DNA from: an uncultured Gammaproteobacteria bacterium
Lineage (GTDB): Bacteria; Patescibacteriota; Patescibacteriia; Veblenbacterales; UBA10138
Assembly (NCBI GenBank): GCA_964453605.1
Contig: CAYVOI010000001.1
Span: 804,095 to 868,094 of the forward strand
Direction of reading: 5' to 3'
DNA length: 64,000 nucleotides
Below the pieces are notes generated by a model that was given only the letters and a program-made list of their open reading frames with translations, searched no databases and was not told the origin of the DNA. Position numbers and translations under genes: made by a program. Positions 48,514-57,728 of the stretch are shown here, in pieces (the stretch's first letter is position 1; every line of letters starts with the position of its first letter).

Positions 48514-48885
48514 TCAGTTCGAAGGGCGAAGAACGTGTTTAACGATTTCGTACACGTTACCGTCGGGTGCGCGAAAGTGAACCCACTGTGTTCGTCCAGG
48601 CTCACCCATAACGTCACTCAGTAGTTCAACACCTGCTGCCTCAAGGGCTACCCGAGCGGCGACTATGTCATCAACTTCAAAACCGCAGACTGGCCCAGTA
48701 GTAAAGTGCTGGTGGTTTTGCTCTGCTGGACCAAAAAACTCCAACCGGTCCCCGTTCGGTGCAGCAAAGGCGAGAAAACCTGGTTTCTCATGCACGAGCT
48801 TGGCCCCAAGAACGGTGGCACAAAAGACTTTCATTGGTTCAAGCGCTTCTGTACGCACACCAACAAATGAAATGCCCTTGATCAT
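48514..48885 (-). CDS. VOC/glyoxalase-bleomycin-resistance family protein.
   Basis: Paired beta-alpha-beta-beta-beta modules (ISFVGVRTEALEPMKVF..., ...VHFRAPDGNVYEIV). The internal Met start MIKGISF avoids an overlap with parB. Confidence 0.65.
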   Translation of the reverse strand: MIKGISFVGVRTEALEPMKVFCATVLGAKLVHEKPGFLAFAAPNGDRLEFFGPAEQNHQHFTTGPVCGFEVDDIVAARVALEAAGVELLSDVMGEPGRTQWVHFRAPDGNVYEIVKHVLRPSN

Positions 48886-48898
48886 GGATTTACAGGGC

Positions 48899-49795
48899 CT
48901 ACGAGCGGCCAAGTAACTTACGCACCAACGCAGCAAGCTCGGCGCCCGAGTAGAACACCACTTCCACCACACCGCGCTCCCTAGTACCGCGAACTTTCAC
49001 CTTGGTACCCAAAGCCTGCATGAGCTCTTGCTCGTAAGCCCTGAGTTCTGGTGCGGCCACACGGCGCTCGTGGCTGCGCACTTTAACGTTCCCCGCCTTA
49101 GCTTCGGCAAAACGGACGGGTAAGCCTTCTTTTACTATAAGGTCAAACAACTTTTCCTGTTCGGCTTTATCCTCCACACCCAAGATAACTTTGGCGTGGC
49201 CCATGGTGATAGTACCCGCTCGCAAAGCGTCCTGAATTCGTTTCGGAAGTGCCAGGAGTCGCTCAGTATTAGCCACCTGAGCCCTCGACTTCCCAACTCG
49301 CTCGGCCACCTTGGCCTGCGTCAGGCCAAACTCATCTTGTAGCTTGCGGTAAGCAAGGGCCTCTTCCAGCGGGTTCAGGTTTTGGCGCTGCAGGTTTTCT
49401 ACCAGCGCCAGTTCCAAACGCTGCTGCTCGGAGGCTTCACGAACAATAGCCGGCACTTGTGCTAGCCCGGCCACCCCAGCGGCCCTCAAGCGTCGCTCGC
49501 CGGCAATAAGCTCAAACTTCCCAGGTGCTAGCGGCCGAACAATCAGAGGTTGCAGAATACCGTGCGCCTTAATAGATGCCACCAGCTCGTCCAGGCTTGT
49601 CTGCTCAAAGTGCTGGCGGGGCTGGTGCTGGTTCGGTGTTATGGCGCTAAGCGACAGCTGCTGCACCTGTTCGGCAGAACTAGCACTTACCGGTGAAGCA
49701 GGTGCGCCTGAGCCACCCCAAAAGTTCGTGCCCTCTACTTTTTTAGGCTGGATTAGAGAGCTCAGGCCTTTTCCAAGTTGGAATGGTTTGGCCAT
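48899..49795 (-). CDS. parB: Chromosome partitioning protein ParB.
   Basis: ParB box LSAITPNQHQPRQHFEQTSLDELVASIKAHGILQPLIVRP. HTH GLTQAKVAERVGKSRAQVANTERLL. Confidence 0.9.
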   Translation of the reverse strand: MAKPFQLGKGLSSLIQPKKVEGTNFWGGSGAPASPVSASSAEQVQQLSLSAITPNQHQPRQHFEQTSLDELVASIKAHGILQPLIVRPLAPGKFELIAGERRLRAAGVAGLAQVPAIVREASEQQRLELALVENLQRQNLNPLEEALAYRKLQDEFGLTQAKVAERVGKSRAQVANTERLLALPKRIQDALRAGTITMGHAKVILGVEDKAEQEKLFDLIVKEGLPVRFAEAKAGNVKVRSHERRVAAPELRAYEQELMQALGTKVKVRGTRERGVVEVVFYSGAELAALVRKLLGRS

Positions 49796-49798
49796 AAG

Positions 49799-50560
49799 TT
49801 AGAGTTGTGCCAGGAGTTCTTGGGCTAGGGCGGCGTAGGCCTCTGCCCCGCGAGAACGCGGGTCGTAGCTGGTTATGGGCTTACCATAGCTTGGGGCTTC
49901 GGCTAAGCGCACGTTCCTGGGGACCATGGTCTGAAATAATTTGTTCGGAAAATGCTTCTTGAGCTCTTCTAGCACCGCACCACTTAAACGGCTGCGACCG
50001 TCGTACATGGTGACCACCGCGCCCAATACCGTAAGCTCAGGCTTCAAGTGAGTTTGAATGAGGTTTAAGGTGTTCATAAGCTGCCCCAAACCCTCCAGCG
50101 CATAGTACTCGGCTTGCAGGGGGATGAGTACCTGGTCAGCAGCCACCAGCGCGTTCACCGTGAGGAGCCCCAAAGAGGGAGGGCAGTCTATAAGTATAAT
50201 ATCATAGTCCTCGGCTACCGCAGTGAGCGCCTTGCTCAACCGAAACTCGCGGTTCTCTAAGTTAACCAGCTCAACCGCTGCCCCAGCCAGGTCAGCCTGT
50301 GCGGGAATAGCTGACAAACCATCTACGGCGGTGGGGCGCACGGTTTCACGCACCACCTCAGGCTCTAGCAGCACGTGGTAAATGTGCTTAGCCTCGGCTG
50401 GAACCTCTACGCCCACCCCCGCCGAAGCGTTGGCTTGTGGGTCTACATCAACCAGCAGCACTCGCTTACCTAAAACAGCAAAGTTAGCAGCCACATTTAC
50501 GGCGGTAGTAGTTTTACCTACCCCGCCTTTCTGATTTACTACCGCAATAACACGCGCCAT
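49799..50560 (-). CDS. parA: Chromosome partitioning ATPase ParA/Soj.
   Basis: Deviant Walker A VVNQKGGVGKTTTAVNVAA. Walker A' and B blocks. Confidence 0.95.
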   Translation of the reverse strand: MARVIAVVNQKGGVGKTTTAVNVAANFAVLGKRVLLVDVDPQANASAGVGVEVPAEAKHIYHVLLEPEVVRETVRPTAVDGLSAIPAQADLAGAAVELVNLENREFRLSKALTAVAEDYDIILIDCPPSLGLLTVNALVAADQVLIPLQAEYYALEGLGQLMNTLNLIQTHLKPELTVLGAVVTMYDGRSRLSGAVLEELKKHFPNKLFQTMVPRNVRLAEAPSYGKPITSYDPRSRGAEAYAALAQELLAQL

Positions 50561-50752
50561 ACCCGGTAGTAGAACCTGAGATAATACTGTGCACTCATCA
50601 TGGTGGCTAAAGAAATGACACTAGCCTAAGCAGTGAACCTACTGTGGTAGTTTCACTACCGGGATAGCCACTTTAGTATACGGTGCAGAACAGCCTTTGA
50701 CAATTCTCTACTCTATACCTATGATGAGATGTGCCTTATGCGTTGTTAGTGA

Positions 50753-50839
50753 GGGCGAGTGGCGGAACTGGCATACGCACAGGACTCAAAATCCTGGGCC
50801 CGCAAGGGATTGAGGGTTCGACTCCCTCCTCGCCCACCA
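50753..50839 (+). tRNA. tRNA-Leu (anticodon CAA), class II with long variable arm, CCA encoded.
   Basis: Manually folded GGGCGAG-TG-GCG-GAACTGGCATA-CGC-A-CAGGA-CTCAAAA-TCCTG-[GCCCGCAAGGGAT]-TGAGGG-TTCGACT-CCCTC-CTCGCCC-A-CCA. The ORF-track N-terminus of ORF 50731 runs through it and is spurious. Confidence 0.85.
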
Positions 50840-50844
50840 ACTAT

Positions 50845-51426
50845 ATGAAAAGCAACATTCTTATATTTCATGGCACTGAGGGCCACCCAGGAGAGAACTG
50901 GTTCCCGTGGATGAAGGACGAGTTGGAAGGGAGAGGCTATACGGTGTTAGTACCACAATTCCCTTCTCCGCCAATTGTCCCGGCAAAAATAGCGGAGTGG
51001 TTTGAGGTACTTAAAAACTACAAGCAATTCATAAACGAGGAAACAATTTTGATTGGCCATAGTTTGGGGGGAATTTTTGTTCTGCGTGTATTAGAAAAAT
51101 TATCTCACCCAGTTAAAGCAGCCTTTCTCGTGGGCACCCCCATTGGCGTCAGCCCGATCAAGAACTATGACCGAGATAATAGTTTCAGTGGCTTTAACTT
51201 TGACTGGGACACTATTAAAACAAAGGCTGGTCGTTTTGTAGTTTTCCAGTCTGATGATGACCCCTACGTAGGCCTAGCTAACGGCAAGGTACTCGCAAAA
51301 AATTTAGGCACTGAGCTCTCTTTTATACCTAACGCTGGACATTTTAATACGAAAGCCGGCTATGTGAAATTTGAAAAGTTGCGGGATATGGTAGTTAAAA
51401 GTTTACAAGGCGACTTGCAACATTAA
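50845..51426 (+). CDS. Alpha/beta-fold serine hydrolase of the RBBP9/YdeN type.
   Basis: ILIFHGTEGHPGENWFPWM...ILIGHSLGG (GxSxG nucleophile)...D..V in a ~190 aa protein. The ATG lies 6 nt after the tRNA-Leu CCA. Confidence 0.7.
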   Translation: MKSNILIFHGTEGHPGENWFPWMKDELEGRGYTVLVPQFPSPPIVPAKIAEWFEVLKNYKQFINEETILIGHSLGGIFVLRVLEKLSHPVKAAFLVGTPIGVSPIKNYDRDNSFSGFNFDWDTIKTKAGRFVVFQSDDDPYVGLANGKVLAKNLGTELSFIPNAGHFNTKAGYVKFEKLRDMVVKSLQGDLQH

Positions 51427-51567
51427 AGCAACTCCTGTATTCTAAGGTAGTTTCAAACGACGCGGGGTGGAGCCCGTAAAGCTCACTCCGCTCGCCACGG
51501 GCCTGAAACACTAGACACGCTTCCTACCACGATGTAACGTGTGGTGAGCGAAGCGAACTTTACACGT

Positions 51568-51642
51568 CGCGGGGTGGAGAAGTGGCATCTCGCCTGGCTC
51601 ATAACCAGGAGGTCGTGGGTTCGAATCCCACCCCCGCAACCA
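51568..51642 (+). tRNA. Initiator tRNA-fMet (anticodon CAT) with the C1xA72 mismatch, CCA encoded.
   Basis: CGCGGGG-TG-GAGA-AGTGGCA-TCTC-G-CCTGG-CTCATAA-CCAGG-AGGTC-GTGGG-TTCGAAT-CCCAC-CCCCGCA-A-CCA. Very similar to E. coli tRNA-fMet (CGCGGGGTGGAGCAG...CTCATAACC...CCCCCGCAACCA). Confidence 0.85.
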
Positions 51643-53140
51643 AATTTTTTTCTTGGGCAGTAGAAGCCCTGTTAAGCTCAAAGATTAGCCCCAGCTTGGC
51701 GGTTCCAAAACCTTGACCGTGGCGATACCGCACTCCCTCAGGAAAAACCAGCTTTTGGAACTGGTACTTGAGGGGGTCCGGCACGCTACGCCACCCAAAG
51801 GACAGGTTAGTCAGGAACTGCTCACCAAACGACAAGGCGCCGGCCAAGTCGTGTTTTTGTATATTAGCTTCACTCATGGAAATCTTAACGGCGGCTAGCT
51901 CATTGTCCACCTGCTGTTTACGTGCGATAAACTCCTCTTTAGTGTACGAACCCTCCTCGCGCATTTCATAAATCCGCTGTCTGCGCTCCTCCAGCACGTC
52001 AAGCTGCCGCTTGTAGGTTTCAGCTTCAGAATTGTAGGCTCTGTACTTCGCCTGCCAAACTGTTATCACCTTGGCCTTCAAAGCCTCAATGAAGTCAGGC
52101 CTGGCTGAAACAGCTCGCAATGCCCTATCAAAATCGTTCTCTACGTCTTTTTTGAGTAAACTGGCATAGAGCAACTGACAACCTGGGGTATAACAGCGGT
52201 AGTAGGCAAACCGCTTGCCTCGACTGCTGCTCCACGCGCCGGTCAGTGGCCCACCACAAGCATCGCAGAGCGCCGTACGGCGTAACGGAAAATCAGGGTG
52301 CGTACGCAATCGCTTCGGCGAGTGATTGTAGCCTCGATCTTGACGTATAAGCTGCACTCGCTGAAATTGCTCGTGAGTAATCAACGGCTCGTGCTTGCCC
52401 CGTATCTCTTTTCTGGTCCATGGATTCACGAGAATACCTGCGTAGTAGGGGTTCTGTAACATCCGATCGACAAACTGGATGTTTGTTTTTGTTTTACGAT
52501 ATCTGCTCAGCCCCCATTCCTCTAGCATGGCGGCTATAGCTTTCTGCGTGTACAAACCAGTTAGATACTCCTTAAACGCCCGACTAATCAGCGGCCCTGC
52601 CTCAGGGTCAATGGTATCCGGCGTCGTTTTACGCTCACCGCGCCGCTTTGAGCCCGATGACAAATACCCTACGGGCGGCTTCCACGGCCAAAAGCCCTGA
52701 TCAACCTTTTTGATAAGGCCATCAGTACATCTAATCTTACGAATATCATTCTCAAACTGCGCTGCGCCTGCCAGCACTGTTTCTATAAACTTCTCTGCTG
52801 GGCCAGAGCCAATCGGCTCCGTAACAGAATGCAAGGCTACGCCGTAGTCAGTCAGGATTTTACGCACGCTAAAGTGATCCTCAGTATTGCGGGCAAACCT
52901 ATCCAGACGTAACACGACAAAAGCCTGCGCCTTGCCCTTGTTTTTCCGTAGGTACTCTAAGGCACGCAGGAACTCAGTTCTATTCGTCGTTTTGGCAGAC
53001 TCGCCTTCATCTCTAAAAATCGCCACTACCTCAATACCCTTCTGATCACAGTAGGTACGACACTGCTGCTCCTGAGACTCCAAAGAGGTGCCCTTGACCT
53101 GCTCATCGCTTGATACCCTTGTGTAGATTATGCCTCGCAT
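51599..53140 (-). CDS. Large serine recombinase (resolvase/invertase N-terminal catalytic domain, recombinase domain, zinc ribbon and coiled coil). Its 3' end overlaps the 3' half of tRNA-fMet.
   Basis: MRGIIYTRVSSDEQ (catalytic Ser in YTRVSS). LRLDRFARN. C-x2-C...C-x2-C ribbon. The C-terminal ...VGFEPTTSWL is the antisense translation of the tRNA T-arm. Confidence 0.9.
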   Translation of the reverse strand: MRGIIYTRVSSDEQVKGTSLESQEQQCRTYCDQKGIEVVAIFRDEGESAKTTNRTEFLRALEYLRKNKGKAQAFVVLRLDRFARNTEDHFSVRKILTDYGVALHSVTEPIGSGPAEKFIETVLAGAAQFENDIRKIRCTDGLIKKVDQGFWPWKPPVGYLSSGSKRRGERKTTPDTIDPEAGPLISRAFKEYLTGLYTQKAIAAMLEEWGLSRYRKTKTNIQFVDRMLQNPYYAGILVNPWTRKEIRGKHEPLITHEQFQRVQLIRQDRGYNHSPKRLRTHPDFPLRRTALCDACGGPLTGAWSSSRGKRFAYYRCYTPGCQLLYASLLKKDVENDFDRALRAVSARPDFIEALKAKVITVWQAKYRAYNSEAETYKRQLDVLEERRQRIYEMREEGSYTKEEFIARKQQVDNELAAVKISMSEANIQKHDLAGALSFGEQFLTNLSFGWRSVPDPLKYQFQKLVFPEGVRYRHGQGFGTAKLGLIFELNRASTAQEKNLVAGVGFEPTTSWL

Positions 53141-53486
53141 AGGTAATACCTAAAAGGGACGACCTGGTTGTCCCAACTCCACTAGCCCAAGAAGGATTAG
53201 CTTTGTTGGCAGGCCGCCCCTTTAGAGCAACAACGCCAATAAAAAACTTCTTGGATTCGCCTTGGGAGTGGGACAACACCATAAGTATAGCAAAATATGC
53301 CCTACGGCACAATACTAACGTCATTTTGGTTAAGGTAGGCCTCGATTACTATCTCAGCCAAAGCCAATAGCACCTCCTCAACCTCCGTAGAGCCAGTGGC
53401 AGACCTTAGATCAATTGTTGGGCGTAGTGCCGGTGCTTGCATAAGTTAGCCCCAAAATAGCTTTGACAATGAATAAAACGAGAAAC

Positions 53487-53846
53487 TTACGTAAAGTTTT
53501 GGTTTTTCCTGCGGTAGTACGATGCCAGGGCTATCTGCCGACGGCGTTCTGGATGTGCTACAACCCACTTCAGCCAACCCCTATACTCGTTTACAGCCCA
53601 ACGTGGCCTAGAGGCCCTTGTACGGCGTTTGTAGGCCAGCACGGATTGATACCACTGCTGGTAGTTGGCCTTTATCCACCGTGCGGTCTTTTTCTGCCGG
53701 CAGCGTATACAAAAGTGGCTATGTAGGTCGGCATAGGTAGTGGTCCAGGGGTACAAGACTTCTGTGCGACCACAGCGACCAAAGCATTCTCTTGTGACTT
53801 TCATTAACACATCGCGCATAGGGATACCAAAAATATCATTTGCCAA
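53487..53846 (-). CDS. Small basic Cys/His-containing protein (119 aa). Possible Zn-ribbon DNA-binding regulator of the element.
   Basis: ECFGRCGR...HSHFCIRC plus a very Arg/Lys/Trp-rich C-terminus. It lies directly downstream of the repeat array at 53840-53966. Confidence 0.4.
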   Translation of the reverse strand: MANDIFGIPMRDVLMKVTRECFGRCGRTEVLYPWTTTYADLHSHFCIRCRQKKTARWIKANYQQWYQSVLAYKRRTRASRPRWAVNEYRGWLKWVVAHPERRRQIALASYYRRKNQNFT

Positions 53847-53966
53847 ATGTCAAAACATAGTTTTGACATTTATCAACCAACAGGCATCCAGGCTTGCCAA
53901 AATGCCACCCTATAAGGGTGGTGGCATTTGGCAAGCTGGTTCTGAATGCCATAGCGCTATTTGGCA
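53840..53966. repeat. Iteron or operator-like array: four TTGCCAAA(A)TG motifs (two direct, two inverted) organised into two long palindromes.
   Basis: The first is a perfect palindrome 53845-53871, AAATGTCAAAAC-ata-GTTTTGACATTT. The second is near-perfect, about 53893-53935, CTTGCCAAAATGCCACCC-tataa-GGGTGGTGGCATTTGGCAAG. A further inverted copy lies at about 53959-53966. Confidence 0.5.
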
Positions 53967-53968
53967 AC

Positions 53969-55777
53969 CTAAAATGGCAGCTCATCTTTGGTATGGCCGT
54001 CGCCCCGTTTAAGGAAGTAGAACCTAGTTGATGTTCCGCCGTCCCCCTTATCAATACCCTCCTTGCGTAACTGGCTGAGGGTTTTTGAGCAAATTACGCC
54101 AGCTGCGACTAACTCATCCCGGGCCGCCCTCATAGAAGTGGAGCCAGCTACATCCTTTAGGGCCTTTACCAACTGCTTGTGTGAGAGCCCACTGTCATCC
54201 TTGCCAAGGATTTCTAGCAGTCGCTCTTTAGCTTCTTGAGCGGCATAGGCTTCATCATCATATTCACCCCCGCCCTCAAAATTCACCCTACCTGGTTCGG
54301 ATATGACTTTGACGACGAACGGCTTGAGCAGCTCATCGTCTCTCTGCTTAGTCTGCACGAGTACCAACTGTCTAGTATTCCCCTCGTCCTCCTTACTGAC
54401 TATCGCAAGGTGAGAATCAACCATCCCCAAGATATCACTGGACCCCCGCATGGCCTCAGCCTGCGCCATTATGTCGGTTACCTTAATCTTAAATGTGCCC
54501 TGCTTCCGGTGGTGATGTGCCAGCACAACCGTCATACCGGCTTCGGTAAACTTCCTAAGCGCCAGGTAGACCTGGTTCATAGCCGTGGCGCTGTTCTCGT
54601 CTTGATTGTGAATGCGCACCAAGGTGTCGAACATGATGAGTCCAATGCTCTTACGTTTTGCCTCAGCCAACAGTGCCTCTGCCTGTTGTTCGTTGTCAAC
54701 CCTAAAACCATCCCCGATGTGGTAATAGATTGGGAGATCGAGTTGGTCGGTCAGTAACTTGATGCGTCGGGCTAATCTGTTCTTGTGGTTCTCCTCATCC
54801 ACGATCATCACGGCCTGCTGTTGCGTTCCATATTCACCAAGTACCTTAGTGCCTAGGGCACAGGCAATTGCTATGTGGCTCAGCAAGAATGACTTATACA
54901 ACCCGGGCGGGCTTGAAATCACCGTAATTCCCCCCTTTGGTATCAAACGATGCACGGTCCATTCGGGCTCAGCAACTTCCATCAAGGCCAGGTCTTGAAA
55001 GGCCACGGCTTCACCTAGGGGGCGTGTCTGGTGGCTACTAGTAGCTCTAGGCTGATTGAGCTGTCGAGCTGCTATGCTTTCGAAAGTACGACGCAATTCC
55101 TCTGTAGCCAAAGGCGGGCTACAACGCGAATTCCACGCCAAGGCAGCGTCCCAGGCTGCGGTAGGCCACAGTTCCTGCGGTAAGGCGTGAACCAGCTCAC
55201 CGATAAAGCTGGCGGCCGACATATTACGTTCACCCTCACCCACACCTTCTGCTATATGTTCCCACTTTTTCGCTGTAGCAGGTCGAATAGATGACAGTTC
55301 GGGCAATGGCTGAGGATCCGTTTCGCCAGGGGGTATAAGCCACTCGTAGGCTTTGCCTGACCTATGAACGGAAGGTGGTACGACAATGTAACCACCATCG
55401 CCCCGGACATCGGTAAGTTTCACCTTATTCGTGCTGTTAGGAACCGGGTGACCGGGCCATTGGTAAATGAAGTGCTGGCCACCACCGCCGGTCTGCGAGG
55501 TAATAGTTTGTGGGTAGCAGGTAAAGTCGCCATTGCGCTCGACGTCAATCGCTACTATGCCTGATACCTTGCCTGTAGCTATACCAATATTGGCCTCTGG
55601 GTACCGCCCCCACCACTGATTGATTTGCTCCTCGCTCGCTTTTTCGGTTTGGTATAGCTTCCAATCTACCAGGGGAGCTTTATCCCCGCCGACGGGGAAA
55701 GGACTCCAACCGATGCTGCGGTAGTAGAGGGCCCAATCCATCATTTTCTTGTGTGACGCCGAAGTCATAGTATTCAT
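53969..55777 (-). CDS. Bifunctional primase-polymerase (Prim-Pol N-terminal domain) fused to a RepA/DnaB-like P-loop ATPase (AAA_25-like). Replication protein of phage or plasmid type.
   Basis: N-terminus LYYRSIGWSPFPVGGDKAPLVDWKLYQ...GIATG (Prim-Pol pattern). Central P-loop ISSPPGLYKSFLL and Walker B IVDEE. Confidence 0.8.
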   Translation of the reverse strand: MNTMTSASHKKMMDWALYYRSIGWSPFPVGGDKAPLVDWKLYQTEKASEEQINQWWGRYPEANIGIATGKVSGIVAIDVERNGDFTCYPQTITSQTGGGGQHFIYQWPGHPVPNSTNKVKLTDVRGDGGYIVVPPSVHRSGKAYEWLIPPGETDPQPLPELSSIRPATAKKWEHIAEGVGEGERNMSAASFIGELVHALPQELWPTAAWDAALAWNSRCSPPLATEELRRTFESIAARQLNQPRATSSHQTRPLGEAVAFQDLALMEVAEPEWTVHRLIPKGGITVISSPPGLYKSFLLSHIAIACALGTKVLGEYGTQQQAVMIVDEENHKNRLARRIKLLTDQLDLPIYYHIGDGFRVDNEQQAEALLAEAKRKSIGLIMFDTLVRIHNQDENSATAMNQVYLALRKFTEAGMTVVLAHHHRKQGTFKIKVTDIMAQAEAMRGSSDILGMVDSHLAIVSKEDEGNTRQLVLVQTKQRDDELLKPFVVKVISEPGRVNFEGGGEYDDEAYAAQEAKERLLEILGKDDSGLSHKQLVKALKDVAGSTSMRAARDELVAAGVICSKTLSQLRKEGIDKGDGGTSTRFYFLKRGDGHTKDELPF

Positions 55778-55939
55778 TGACTATCAGTGCTTAATAAATC
55801 CACCCCGGTGAAACGGTTCGCGGCGAGCCGTCGCACAGAGGCGGATGCATGCCGCGAAACAAAAAACTGGAGGGTGACTCCAGTGTAAACGCTGCGGTCC
55901 GAGCAGTCGTAACCGATGATATTTTTTTATCCGTAACTT

Positions 55940-56581
55940 TTATCCAGTGCGCAGATTTCTAACCCTCATGGAGGGGGGAAGTCTGAGTTTTTTGGGATAG
56001 TCGGAAACAATTTTTTTTATGTGTCCATAGTCCAAATCATCCCCAAACTCAGACAAAATAATCGCAGCTATCTCTTTTATGGTTTTCCCTTTTCTCGCTA
56101 AATTATATACTGCCTTATCGCGTTGCAATGTCTGCCAAGGTTTATTTATTAACCTCCGCCCCCTCAGATCAGAGTACTTATAGGTAGACTTGATGTGCTC
56201 AGTAACGGCCTCACCGTTATTTTGTTCGTCATCTCCAGCCAGTCGAATACGCTCACCTTTATCGGGGTCAATTGAGCTACTACCGGTAAGCACATATTCC
56301 TCTAAAAACCAAGTCCATCCCCTATGCAGCTTAAATTTTTTCCTCAACTCAGCGATGTCATTGGTAAAGCTAACGTCATTCATCATGCGCTCAAGGTAAC
56401 TATCATAGGATTCATCATTTCCTCTTTCATACTCGTCTGGGTTAATTGACCGATCAATATTCCAAGTCACTCTTATTTTATCAACTTCAACGTCAAAAAA
56501 GGGATTGGCTAAAAGTATCTGTACCCTTGGGTTGGATACCGCTCGTTGATCCCTGTGTGGCCATTTTAATTCGCCGCGCAT
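55940..56581 (-). CDS. Hypothetical protein (213 aa) with a C-terminal helix-turn-helix-like segment. AT-rich gene.
   Basis: ORF only. KGKTIKEIAAIILSEFG resembles an HTH recognition region. No family recognised. Confidence 0.45.
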   Translation of the reverse strand: MRGELKWPHRDQRAVSNPRVQILLANPFFDVEVDKIRVTWNIDRSINPDEYERGNDESYDSYLERMMNDVSFTNDIAELRKKFKLHRGWTWFLEEYVLTGSSSIDPDKGERIRLAGDDEQNNGEAVTEHIKSTYKYSDLRGRRLINKPWQTLQRDKAVYNLARKGKTIKEIAAIILSEFGDDLDYGHIKKIVSDYPKKLRLPPSMRVRNLRTG

Positions 56582-56791
56582 GATTGTATTTTAGCTCAAA
56601 AATAGTATAATACAACCACAACTAAATAATTCTAGCAGTAGCCTAAACTCAGCCGCCTGGCTGGGCATGGCTCAAAAGCCTTTCCAGATATTAAGCTCTC
56701 CGTTCAGAGCCCTGGAAAGGTCATGCGCCGAAAGGTGCATGGGGTCGCAAGACTCACTGGCGGGGAGCTTTGTGTATTCCTCTCACAATCT

Positions 56792-57655
56792 ATGTACAAA
56801 TTGTTAACAATTCTTACCCTTGTGATGCTATTAGGAGCGGGCTGCGCCTCACCGGTTTCAGAAGAAAACCCTTCAATTGGTCTAGTCAATCAGCAACAGG
56901 TATCAAACGAGCCAGCAATTGGGTCAACGTTATTTCAAAATCCACAAACAGATAAAAAAATCCAGGCACTTCAAGAACAACTTGATGCTACTAAGAAAGA
57001 GCTTGACTCGCTGAAAAAAAACAGCGCAGACAACAATAACACCTCGGCGGTGGTGGCAAAGTGGCGGCCGCAAGTAGCACTAATTACATGTAGCTGGTTT
57101 TACGCGGGTACAGCCCAATATCTAGTTCAAAGTGGTTCGGGTCTGTTATATAGGGTTCCACCAACCGATACAATTGTTGTGGCAACAAATCGTCATGTGT
57201 TCACTGATCCGTATGGTAATAGCCCAACAAAATGTTCAGTAAAGTTTCCCGATGATGTAAACTTTTTCGATGTATCGAGTGCTACGCCAAGTGAAAACGG
57301 TACGGACTTTGGTTTACTCGGAATAAAGCAGCCCGATGAATATCTGATAAGTATTGCTTCCCGTTTAGACAGCAAATCTTTTCTATGTATAGATAAACCG
57401 GAAATTGGTGATAGTGTTGTTATACTAGGTTACCCTGTTAATGGTTCATCAACAGATATTACCGCAACCGAAGGTATAATATCCGGATTTGACGGTGATT
57501 ATTATATTACGTCGGCGAAAGTTGAACACGGAGACTCAGGTGGTGCAGCAATATTAACAAGTAAGAATTGTTCGCTGGGATTACCAACCTCAGTCGTTCC
57601 AGGACAGCTTGAGTCGTTGGCACGAATCCTGCCTTGGCAAATTACTGCGAAATAA
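56792..57655 (+). CDS. Lipoprotein with a coiled-coil segment and a C-terminal trypsin-like (S1) serine protease domain.
   Basis: Lipobox LLGAGC after MYKLLTILTLVML (the track ORF starts earlier at 56723). Coiled coil KKIQALQEQLDATKKELDSLKK. Protease motifs TNRHV (His) and EHGDSGGAAIL (GDSGG Ser). Confidence 0.7.
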   Translation: MYKLLTILTLVMLLGAGCASPVSEENPSIGLVNQQQVSNEPAIGSTLFQNPQTDKKIQALQEQLDATKKELDSLKKNSADNNNTSAVVAKWRPQVALITCSWFYAGTAQYLVQSGSGLLYRVPPTDTIVVATNRHVFTDPYGNSPTKCSVKFPDDVNFFDVSSATPSENGTDFGLLGIKQPDEYLISIASRLDSKSFLCIDKPEIGDSVVILGYPVNGSSTDITATEGIISGFDGDYYITSAKVEHGDSGGAAILTSKNCSLGLPTSVVPGQLESLARILPWQITAK

Positions 57656-57728
57656 CAACCTATCCAAAATACCTGGGGCGAAAGTCCCGACCTAGCGGCG
57701 AGCTTTGTGTATTTAGTGGGGTACGACT

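Noticed and set aside
48886-48972. N-terminal extension of the VOC protein ORF overlapping parB.
   Set aside because: The Trp/Cys/Arg-rich extension overlaps the parB 3' end by 74 nt. The internal Met MIKGISF gives a normal VOC domain start.
50731-50844. N-terminal 38 codons of the track ORF 50731..51426.
   Set aside because: They run across tRNA-Leu on the same strand. The real start is the ATG at 50845.
53463-53726. 87-aa plus-strand ORF antisense to the 119-aa basic protein gene.
   Set aside because: Lies entirely inside the opposite-strand ORF, which has the better start and stop context and sits beside the operator-like array.
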